From contig JAIXVE010000214.1 in assembly GCA_027483175.1 (NCBI GenBank), positions 23,893 through 87,892 on the forward strand: a stretch of DNA of 64,000 nucleotides, in the 5' to 3' direction. The first letter of the stretch is position 1. Every line of letters starts with the position of its first letter. The translations under genes and the position numbers were made by a program. Shown here piece by piece: positions 8,239-16,028 of this stretch. The DNA comes from Verrucomicrobiaceae bacterium (lineage in GTDB: Bacteria; Verrucomicrobiota; Verrucomicrobiia; Verrucomicrobiales; V1-33). The notes under the pieces are model-generated. The model did no database searches, was not told the origin of the DNA, and saw nothing but the letters and a program-made list of their open reading frames with translations.

Positions 8239-10689
8239 TCAGCGGCGCGACGTCGACGCCGCCCGGTCAATCAGTTGCAGGAACTCTCCCCGGTAACCAT
8301 GAGGGTCTTCACCCTTAGCCGACGCCGCCAGCGACCGAATGTCGTTCCATGTCATCCCCGCAAACTGCGAGTGCCGCAGCATCGACGCAAACCCAGCCAC
8401 CGACAGCGCCCACCTCGTCTCCGGACCAGCCTCGCCAAGTGCCGTCCCCGCATCCTTCACCGGCACCTCCATCAGCTCGCTCACATCCTTGTCAGGGGCC
8501 TTCCACCGCAGCTTCACCGTCATCGTCTCGTCACTCGCCGGACCGGTCACCGCCGCCGCAGGCACCGGACCCGTCACCGGAGCCGCTTCCGCCGCCGGTT
8601 GATACTTCAGCTTGTCAGTCACCACCGGTTCATCAGCAACCCCCGCCGGAATAATCTCGTACAGCGCCGTCACCGTATGCCCCGCCCCGATCTCCCCGGC
8701 GTCCTTCCGGTCGTCGTTGAAATCCTCCTTCGCCAGCATCCGGTTCTCATACCCCAGCAACCGGTAGCGCCCCACCTTCGCAGGATTGAACTCAATCTGA
8801 ATCTTCACATCCTTGGCAATCGTCACCAGCGTGCCGCTGAACTGCTCGCCTAGCGCCTTCCGCGCCTCACTCAGGCTGTCGATGTAGGCATAGTTCCCAT
8901 TCCCCTTGTCCGCCAGCAGCTCCATCGTGTCGTCCTTCGTGTTCCCCATCCCGTAACCAAGGACCGACAGAAACACTCCCGTCTTCGCCTTGTCCGTGAT
9001 CAATTGCTGCAGTTGCTCGTGACTCGTCACCCCTACGTTGAAATCCCCGTCGCTCGCCAGAATCACCCGATTGATCCCTTCCGCACGGAAGTTCCTCGCC
9101 GCTTCCGCATAGGCCGACGTGATCCCGCCCGCCCCGTTCGTGCTGCCACCAGCCCCGAGACTTTCAATCGCCGCCACAATCCGCGGCTTGTCCCCACCGC
9201 TCGTCGCCGGAAGCACCACGCCGCTCTCCCCCGCATACGTCACCAGCGACACCGTGTCTCTCTCCGTCAGCCGATCGACCACAAACCTCAGGCTCTGCTT
9301 CACCAGCGGCAGTTTGTTCTCGTCCTGCATCGACCCACTCACATCGACCAGAAACACCAGATTCGCCGCCGGGCGCTCGCCCGCATGAATCTCCTTCCCC
9401 TTCAGCGCAATCCGCGCAATCCGGTGCCGCGCATTCCACGGTGCCGACGTCATCTCGACATGCACCGCAAACGGCTTCCCATCCACCGGCGCCGCATAGT
9501 TGTAAGGAAAGTAATTCACCAGTTCCTCCAATCGCACCGCTTCCGGCGGCGGCGCACCGCCACGGTTCAGAAACCGCCGCACATTCGCATAACTCGCCGT
9601 GTCCACATCAATGCTGAACGTCGACAGCGGAGCCTGCCCCACCGCCACCCACGGATTCTCCGGCAGCGCTTGATAGGACTCGGATCCCGACGCCGAATCA
9701 GCAGAGCCCACCGGCATCACCAGTCGGCGCCCCACCCCCTGGCCCTCTCCATCGCTGTACTCATTCGACTCCCACCGACGCAGCCCCCCGCGTGTTTCCG
9801 GGTTCTCCACCGCCGCCGCACTCTGCGGCTTCATCGCCAGCGCTCCCCTCATCGACTCATGGCCTGATTCCTTCCAGCGACTCTCGCCATTCGGAGCCGC
9901 ACTCGGCATCGGCGTCGCAGCACTCGCCGCAATCTCCATCGGCCTGCTCTGCTCCTGCTCAGCACCACTCAATCCGTACACCGGCGCTTCCGCAGCAGGA
10001 ACCGCCAGCCCAGCCTGATTCCTGTTCTTCTTCGAGTCATGAACCGCCAGCCCCCCGGTCGGCGCATCCATATCACTCTCCAGAACCCGTGCCGGCGCAG
10101 GCGCCGCTCCCGGCGTCGGATCCGCCGCCACCGCCGAAGCCAATCCACTCATCTCCGCCCCAGCTTCTCCTTCAGCAGGCCCCGTCGTCACCACCGGAGC
10201 AGGCAGCCGCTTGCTCTCGATCCTCGGTGCCCGGGCCCGAGCCACCATATCACCGAACTCATCAGGCGCATTCCCAGCTCCCCCACCGCCCCCAGGCAGC
10301 ATCTCCCCCACCGGCATCCGCGTCGGCGCTACTAACGCGATCTCGGCAACCGGTCGCGTCCGCTGATACCACATCGCCCCCACCGTCCCCGCCGCCACAC
10401 ACGCCGCTAGCGCCGTCAGTCCACGACGCCACGAAAACGGCACCACCACCGGCGCACTCGCCGCCGATAGCAATCGCTCGCGCTCCGCACGCGCCAGCAC
10501 CACCGGTGCCTGCGCCAGATTGCCGTCCAGCACGCCGCAGAACGCCTTCGTCCGCTCCGCTTCCGCCGCCAGCACGGGATCCGCCGCCATCGCCGCCTCA
10601 AAGGCCGCCGCTTCCTCCGCCGGCAGCTCGCCCAGCGCCCATGCCGTCATCCGGCTCTCAATTGTCTCGGAAAATTCTGTAGAGTTCAT
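8239..10689 (-). CDS. Membrane anti-sigma factor fused to a YfbK-like von Willebrand factor A module (816 aa from ATG 10689)
   Basis: The preferred start is MNSTEF at 10689, 7 nt after the sigma-factor stop. The longer track ORF overlaps the sigma gene. Domain order: N-terminal anti-sigma-like segment (MTAWALGELPAEEAAAFEAAM), one TM (GLTALAACVAAGTVGAMWY), a long Ala/Pro/Gly-rich linker, then a YfbK-type region (FSIDVDTASYANVRRFL, VFLVDVSGSM MIDAS motif, and a DUF3520-like tail). Confidence 0.8.
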   Translation of the reverse strand: MNSTEFSETIESRMTAWALGELPAEEAAAFEAAMAADPVLAAEAERTKAFCGVLDGNLAQAPVVLARAERERLLSAASAPVVVPFSWRRGLTALAACVAAGTVGAMWYQRTRPVAEIALVAPTRMPVGEMLPGGGGGAGNAPDEFGDMVARARAPRIESKRLPAPVVTTGPAEGEAGAEMSGLASAVAADPTPGAAPAPARVLESDMDAPTGGLAVHDSKKNRNQAGLAVPAAEAPVYGLSGAEQEQSRPMEIAASAATPMPSAAPNGESRWKESGHESMRGALAMKPQSAAAVENPETRGGLRRWESNEYSDGEGQGVGRRLVMPVGSADSASGSESYQALPENPWVAVGQAPLSTFSIDVDTASYANVRRFLNRGGAPPPEAVRLEELVNYFPYNYAAPVDGKPFAVHVEMTSAPWNARHRIARIALKGKEIHAGERPAANLVFLVDVSGSMQDENKLPLVKQSLRFVVDRLTERDTVSLVTYAGESGVVLPATSGGDKPRIVAAIESLGAGGSTNGAGGITSAYAEAARNFRAEGINRVILASDGDFNVGVTSHEQLQQLITDKAKTGVFLSVLGYGMGNTKDDTMELLADKGNGNYAYIDSLSEARKALGEQFSGTLVTIAKDVKIQIEFNPAKVGRYRLLGYENRMLAKEDFNDDRKDAGEIGAGHTVTALYEIIPAGVADEPVVTDKLKYQPAAEAAPVTGPVPAAAVTGPASDETMTVKLRWKAPDKDVSELMEVPVKDAGTALGEAGPETRWALSVAGFASMLRHSQFAGMTWNDIRSLAASAKGEDPHGYRGEFLQLIDRAASTSRR

Positions 10690-10696
10690 CAATGTG

Positions 10697-11209
10697 TCAG
10701 GAAAGAGGTTGTGCAGGCGCGTGAAACTGCCCGCGGAGGGTCTGCACCGCATGGTGCAGCAGGTAACCGACATTGCTCACCGACAGCCCGGTGGCCGCCG
10801 CAATGTCCTTGTAGCTCAGCCCGCCTTCGAACTTCAGGCGGACCAGCTCGCGTTCGCGTTCCGGCAGGCTGCCAATCAGGCCGCGCAGTCTGCCAGCGTC
10901 GTCCTTGCGGACTAGCGCAGTATCCGGCCCCGCCGATTCATCGGGGGCAGCCGCTAGTGTCAGTGTTGTATCCATGGGTATCAGGCGCGAGGTCTTGCGC
11001 CGGATGTCGATCAGACACCGGCGGCAAACCGTGAACAGCCACGGGGCCAGCGATTCCCCCTCCCCTTCCGGCGCGTCACGTATGAAGCGCAGAAAGGTCT
11101 CCTGTACCGCGTCGCGCGCCGTCTCCTGATCCGCCCCCTGATGCCGCGCATACGCCAGCAACGGGCGCTCGTAGCGTTCAAGGACAGTTTGGAATTCGGC
11201 GGCAGACAC
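10697..11209 (-). CDS. ECF-type (sigma-70 family) RNA polymerase sigma factor
   Basis: 170 aa. Region 2 (ARDAVQETFLRF...PWLFTVCRR) and region 4 HTH (LSYKDIAAATGLSVSNVGYLLHHA) are recognisable. The start codon at 11209 is GTG. Confidence 0.9.
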   Translation of the reverse strand: MSAAEFQTVLERYERPLLAYARHQGADQETARDAVQETFLRFIRDAPEGEGESLAPWLFTVCRRCLIDIRRKTSRLIPMDTTLTLAAAPDESAGPDTALVRKDDAGRLRGLIGSLPERERELVRLKFEGGLSYKDIAAATGLSVSNVGYLLHHAVQTLRGQFHAPAQPLS

Positions 11210-11289
11210 AGGAGCGGCAGGGGTTCAGTTCAGCGGATGCACTCAGCATCACGGCCCCGCAGAAACTTCCCTGGAAACTTTCTCCGGCC

Positions 11290-11904
11290 CTACTGCCTCC
11301 GGTACTGCAGAATCCCATTCCCAATCGCCTCCGCCAGCCGCTGCCGGTACCGGGGATCAAGGATCTTCGACCGCTCCTTCGCCGTCGAAATAAACCCGCC
11401 CTCCACCAGCGCCGCAGGCACCGTCGCACTCCGGATCACTTTGTACCGCGCAAACTTCACCCCGCGGTTCGGTGTCCCCAGCGCCGTCGCAATACTCGTC
11501 TGCACCGCCGTCGCCAGCGGCGCACTCGCCGGACTGAAATAAAACGTCTCCGTCCCGCTCGGCCCGCCATAACTCACCCAATTGAAATGGATACTGACAA
11601 AGATACTCCCCTTGATCTTGTTCGCGATCGCCGACCGATCCTCCAGCGGCAGAAAATTATCCCGGGACCGCGTCATCACCGACTTCACCCCCTTCTTCGC
11701 AAGATACTCCTTCAGCCGGAAGGAAACATCCAGCGCTAGGTGCTTCTCATAAAGCACCCCGATCATCCCGCCGTTGTCATACCCGCCATGCCCAGGGTCA
11801 ATCACCACCCGCGTGAACTTCCCCGCCATCGCCGCAGGCACCACCACCCACGACGCCAGCAGCAGGCACCACAACAGCCATCGGGAACGGGAGAATCTGG
11901 ACAT
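11290..11904 (-). CDS. N-acetylmuramoyl-L-alanine amidase (Amidase_3 type), secreted (204 aa from ATG 11904)
   Basis: Motifs VVIDPGHGGYDNGG, TRSRDNFLPLEDRSAIAN and FVSIHFN are present. The preferred start is MSRFSRSRWLLWCLLLASWVV (signal peptide) at 11904, which removes the overlap with the upstream gene. Confidence 0.85.
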   Translation of the reverse strand: MSRFSRSRWLLWCLLLASWVVVPAAMAGKFTRVVIDPGHGGYDNGGMIGVLYEKHLALDVSFRLKEYLAKKGVKSVMTRSRDNFLPLEDRSAIANKIKGSIFVSIHFNWVSYGGPSGTETFYFSPASAPLATAVQTSIATALGTPNRGVKFARYKVIRSATVPAALVEGGFISTAKERSKILDPRYRQRLAEAIGNGILQYRRQ

Positions 11905-11932
11905 TCCGCAATCAGGATTCACGGCCAGCACC

Positions 11933-12823
11933 TCACTCCAGCGGCAGCCCGTCCGGACGGTCGCCCGTCCCGCGGAACTTGTCCCGCTTCGGCTCTTCCG
12001 GCGCATACGGCCGCGCCCCGCTGATCGTCACCACCCCGGACTCACTCAGATCCAGTCTCGGCGTCCCCCGCTTCACTTGATAGAAATCCTGCTTCAGCAC
12101 CTTCCCGTCCAGATTCACCACCTGATAAACCCAGATCGTCGGACTCCCCATCGACAGCAGATGCAGGCTCCGGTCGCCCCCCACCTGAATCTGCACGTCC
12201 CGGTCCGGAATCAGCGTGTTCAGCGGCAGCGTCACCAGAAACGCCCCCGTCGATTCATCAATGATCCGCACATACAGATACGACTTGTCAGTGTCATGGA
12301 AATTGAACAACTGATACCGCCGGTACTTGCCCGCCATCCGGTGATCCTTCGGCAATGCCAGCGACTTCTCCCACCGCGGCTTCTGCGCCTGCTGAATCGT
12401 AAACCGAATCGGCCGGGAATTGATCCAGCGCTGCAGATCCGAATGATACGCACTCGCCTTGATCACATACCCGCCCGACCCCGTGATGTGAAAATACCTC
12501 GGAATGTTGAACTTCCGCTGCAGCGCCTGCCCCGCTCGGAACATCATCGGCTCAGCCACCGGACTCGAAATCGCCGTGACCGGCTCGCCACGCTCGCTCA
12601 TCACCGAAAAATTGATCCACGACGCCCCGCCCGGCGCCCCTAACACCAGATCCTGTCCACCCGTGTTTGTCACCGTCACGGTCACATACAGCGGCTCATA
12701 CGAAATGTAGTTCGTGCGTTCCGCAGTGATCGTCACCGCAAGCTGCGCCGAAACAGGCACCGCAAACAAGGCGGCTGCCGCCAGAATGATGAATCGGATG
12801 AGGGATCGGGCGCTCGCAGTCAT
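11933..12823 (-). CDS. Secreted hypothetical protein (296 aa), no family recognised
   Basis: ATG at 12823 with signal peptide LIRFIILAAAALFAVPVSAQ. Codon usage is like the neighbouring genes. It is tightly spaced in the operon, 17 nt after the upstream stop and 28 nt before the amidase start. Confidence 0.6.
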   Translation of the reverse strand: MTASARSLIRFIILAAAALFAVPVSAQLAVTITAERTNYISYEPLYVTVTVTNTGGQDLVLGAPGGASWINFSVMSERGEPVTAISSPVAEPMMFRAGQALQRKFNIPRYFHITGSGGYVIKASAYHSDLQRWINSRPIRFTIQQAQKPRWEKSLALPKDHRMAGKYRRYQLFNFHDTDKSYLYVRIIDESTGAFLVTLPLNTLIPDRDVQIQVGGDRSLHLLSMGSPTIWVYQVVNLDGKVLKQDFYQVKRGTPRLDLSESGVVTISGARPYAPEEPKRDKFRGTGDRPDGLPLE

Positions 12824-12840
12824 GGGTCAAAGGGGACGGG

Positions 12841-14706
12841 TCAGGGTGATGGTGGGACAGATGTCGCCGTTCGGAAACCGAGAAATGCCTGGGCGTATGA
12901 CGCGTCGTCCGCCAGCCACGGGGTGTTCATCGGCACCGCCTTCGGCTGCCGGAAATCCCCGCCGCGGAACACCGGCACCGTCTCGTCGGGAAGTTCCGGA
13001 TGCGGGGCCCACGAATCCGTCCACTCGGCCACGTTGCCCGCCAAACCATGCACTCCGTCCGGACTCAGATCCCCTTCCACCGCATCCACATCGCACCACA
13101 ACGCATGCCCATCGCTTCCGCCCGGCATCGCTCCACTCGTGCCAGGATAATCCACACCCGTGTTCGCCAGCGCCGGATCCGGTTTCTCTCCCCACGGATA
13201 AAATCGCCCATCCGTCCCCCGCGCCGCCCGCTCCCATTCCTGCTCGGTCGGCAGTCTCCTCCCCAGCCACCGCGCACAGGCCCACGCATCCCACCAATCC
13301 ACATGAAACACCGGCGACTGCAGGGTCAGCACCGCCCCGTGCCACGGCTGACCCGCACGCGCCGCCTCAAGAATCCCCTGCCAGTCCTTCGGCTCGTGCC
13401 CAGCCTTCGCCATCGGCTGGTCCTTGTGGTCAAAACGCTTCGGATCACCCGCCGCCACCGCCTCCAGAAACGCCCCATACGTCCCGATCGTCACCTCATG
13501 CCGGTCAATCCAGAACTCCGCAAGACTCAGCCGCCGCCCATCCCCAAACAGAAACTCCCCAGCCGGAATCTTCACCATCCCGGAAACATCCCGCGACGCA
13601 AACTGCTGCTGCTGCTTCCGCTTCTGAAAATGCATCACCGCCGCCACCGTCCCAGCCACCAGCGCCAGCACCACCACCGCCGCAGGCCACACACGCTTCC
13701 TCCCCGGCGATTCCCCGCCCCGCCCCCCGTCCGCTATCCTCCTCAGCGCCGCCCCCGATTCCGACGCCACCGCACGCCACGTCCCCAACCCCTGCGCCCC
13801 CGCCGCCTTCATCAGCGCCAGCAGATGCGACAACTCCCGCGCTCCCGCCGACCGGAAATCCGCCGTCGCCATCAATGCCGTCGCCAGCGCCCGAATCTCC
13901 CCCGCTTCACTCGCCGTCGCCACCGGCCCGGACGCCGCCAGATTCGCCACCCGCACCGTCCCATCCTCACCATGAAACACATGCGCCGGCGTGAACGCTT
14001 CCCGCGGAATCCGCCGCAACCCCAGCCACCCTAATGCATCCGCCGCCCCATGCAGCACCTGCAGCGCATTCACCGCCGGAATCCGCTGCCCCGCCGCCCG
14101 GATCTCCGCAAGACTCCGCCCGTTCACTAACTCCCTCGTGTAGAAAACCGCCCCGTCCCTCTCCTGCACCTCATACACCGCTGCAATCACCGGACAATCC
14201 ACCGCCGCCCGCGCCCGCACCAGCGCCCGGAAATCCCGCACCGCTTCCCCATCCGCCGCAAATTCCGGCTTCAGTCGCTCCAATACCACCTCCCGGTTCA
14301 CCGACCGCTGCACCGCTCGAAACGTGTCCGTCTTCGGCAGGCTCCGCCGCTTCTCCCGCAGTTCATAATCTCCTAGCACCACCGGGACGCCCGCAGGCAC
14401 CGTCGCCGCACGCGCCGCCGCCAGCTCTCCCAGCCACGCCGCCACCTTCGACGGTGCCGCCCCATCCATCTGCACCGCCTCCAATCCCGGAAACTCCCGC
14501 CGCAACTGCTCCCGCATCGCCTTGCCCTCCGCCGTCGCAAACCGCCCCGAAAACAGAAACACATCCAGCCCGCTCAATCCCGCCGCAAGGCTCTGCAACT
14601 CCGCCGGCTCGCTCGCCGTCAGCACTCGATAGTCAGGCATTGCCCCTAGCTCCCCCACGAGCGCCTCCCGGCTCGCCGCATGGTCCGTGGCAATCAGCAC
14701 GATCAT
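12841..14706 (-). CDS. Bitopic signalling-type protein: receiver-like N-terminus + degenerate Ser/Thr-kinase-like domain + TM + periplasmic FGE/SUMF1-type domain (621 aa from ATG 14706)
   Basis: The preferred start MIVLIATDH at 14706 lies 4 nt after the upstream stop. The kinase-like region (YELREK...VVLERL...VFYTRELVNGRSLAEI...) lacks a GxGxxG loop, has PREAFTPAHVF where HRDxKPxN is expected, and has VANL where DFG is expected. The TM is VWPAAVVVLALVAGTVAAVMHF. The C-terminal FGE-sulfatase fold motifs are IPAGEFLFG, FWIDRHEVT, ARWLGRRLPTEQEWERAARG, YPWG, GNVAEWT and FRGG. Confidence 0.75.
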   Translation of the reverse strand: MIVLIATDHAASREALVGELGAMPDYRVLTASEPAELQSLAAGLSGLDVFLFSGRFATAEGKAMREQLRREFPGLEAVQMDGAAPSKVAAWLGELAAARAATVPAGVPVVLGDYELREKRRSLPKTDTFRAVQRSVNREVVLERLKPEFAADGEAVRDFRALVRARAAVDCPVIAAVYEVQERDGAVFYTRELVNGRSLAEIRAAGQRIPAVNALQVLHGAADALGWLGLRRIPREAFTPAHVFHGEDGTVRVANLAASGPVATASEAGEIRALATALMATADFRSAGARELSHLLALMKAAGAQGLGTWRAVASESGAALRRIADGGRGGESPGRKRVWPAAVVVLALVAGTVAAVMHFQKRKQQQQFASRDVSGMVKIPAGEFLFGDGRRLSLAEFWIDRHEVTIGTYGAFLEAVAAGDPKRFDHKDQPMAKAGHEPKDWQGILEAARAGQPWHGAVLTLQSPVFHVDWWDAWACARWLGRRLPTEQEWERAARGTDGRFYPWGEKPDPALANTGVDYPGTSGAMPGGSDGHALWCDVDAVEGDLSPDGVHGLAGNVAEWTDSWAPHPELPDETVPVFRGGDFRQPKAVPMNTPWLADDASYAQAFLGFRTATSVPPSP

Positions 14707-14710
14707 GACT

Positions 14711-15985
14711 TCAGCGGGGTGCTGTCGGCGCAGCCCGCGGCGACGCAGCCGGCGGGAATAGCAGGTTCTCCGGGCTGCCCGGGATCGTCGGCACCAGCGG
14801 CGACGGCTGCGGCCCGGTGTCCAGCAGCGCATCCGGCGCCGTCCGGTCCGGCAACGGCAGCTCCCTCGCCATCTGCAGCAGCTCCCCGGTCGTCGCCGTC
14901 GCATCCTGCAGCTTGTCCTCGTAAATCACTTCCAGCGCACACCCGTAATACCGGCACCTCCCTAGCCGCTGCAGCTCGTCCGGTGTCATCGCCGGCTGCC
15001 AGTAATCAAACACAAAGGTCTCCCCGCCATCCGCCCAGTCCGCCGGCTCACTCTCACAACTCAACACCGGCTCCATCGCACCCGACCTCGCAATGCTCCG
15101 CCCGTTCACCGAATCAAAGAAGTGAATCGCCAGGGTCATCTTCTCCATGTCCACCGGCTGGTCCGACTTCTTCCGGATCACCGTCGTGAACCGCACCCGC
15201 TCGCCACCCGCGTCCACCACGCGTTCTTCATCCAGCGACCCTATCGTAAATTTCCCTTCCCTGTCTTCTTCCGGCTCCGCCGACGCCTCGACGCCGTCCC
15301 TCAGGCGGTCCCGCGCCAGCACAAAGAAATCCCCCGCCCCCTCCCCCAAGGCCCGCAGGCTCTCCCAGACCGGCTGTGCCTTCCGCACCAACCCCATTGT
15401 GTCCAGCGTCAGCGCCAGATGATAGAGCACTTTCGGATGATCCGGCAGCACCGCCGCCGCCGCCCGCAGATGCGCCAGCGCCCCATTCGTGTCCCCCGAT
15501 GACCGGAGGTTCAACCCTTCGTCCAAATGCGCCAGCACCGCCTCGTCAGTGATCGCCACATCCAGCGGCGCCTGCACTTTCGCCGCCGGAGCCCGCGGCC
15601 CCGTCGACACCCCCGGCAGCGACACGCCACCCTTCTCCAGCAACTCCTTCTCCTTCGCCTCCATCAGCAGCGCCATCCCCGGATCCTCACGCTCCGCCGC
15701 ATCCGGATCCACCACCACCTGCGGCCTCGGATCCGCAAACGGATCATCCTTCACCGGCACCGCCATCGCCACCACCGGCTCCGCCACCGGAATCGCCGGA
15801 ACCTCCACATCCTTCACCCCACCAACCGCCGCCACCGGCTCCCCGCCACCCACCACCGCCACCGGCATCCGATACGACACCGCCAGCGCCGCCACCTGCC
15901 CCACCGCCAGCAATCCAAGGCATACCCACACGTTCCGCAACACGCGGCTGCCGCTCGTGGCTGTTGTGCTGGACTCAGGTCTCAT
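14711..15985 (-). CDS. N-terminally membrane-anchored hypothetical protein with one TPR-like segment (424 aa)
   Basis: ATG at 15985 with TM VWVCLGLLAVGQVAALAVSY. A TPR-like stretch reads GDTNGALAHLRAAAAVLPDHPKVLYHLALTLDTMG. The start is 43 nt downstream of the blaR1-like stop on the same strand. Confidence 0.6.
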   Translation of the reverse strand: MRPESSTTATSGSRVLRNVWVCLGLLAVGQVAALAVSYRMPVAVVGGGEPVAAVGGVKDVEVPAIPVAEPVVAMAVPVKDDPFADPRPQVVVDPDAAEREDPGMALLMEAKEKELLEKGGVSLPGVSTGPRAPAAKVQAPLDVAITDEAVLAHLDEGLNLRSSGDTNGALAHLRAAAAVLPDHPKVLYHLALTLDTMGLVRKAQPVWESLRALGEGAGDFFVLARDRLRDGVEASAEPEEDREGKFTIGSLDEERVVDAGGERVRFTTVIRKKSDQPVDMEKMTLAIHFFDSVNGRSIARSGAMEPVLSCESEPADWADGGETFVFDYWQPAMTPDELQRLGRCRYYGCALEVIYEDKLQDATATTGELLQMARELPLPDRTAPDALLDTGPQPSPLVPTIPGSPENLLFPPAASPRAAPTAPR

Positions 15986-16028
15986 GATGCAAAATCGGCC
16001 CTGAGTTTAGGGATTTCCCCGATGCCTG

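Noticed and set aside
12714-14034. Pro/Arg/Ser-rich plus-strand ORFs of 426 aa and 344 aa (12714..13994 and 13000..14034)
   Set aside because: They lie opposite the FGE/pseudokinase gene, whose frame has recognisable motifs. These translations are compositionally extreme (poly-P/R/S), as expected from reading a GC3-biased gene in a wrong frame.
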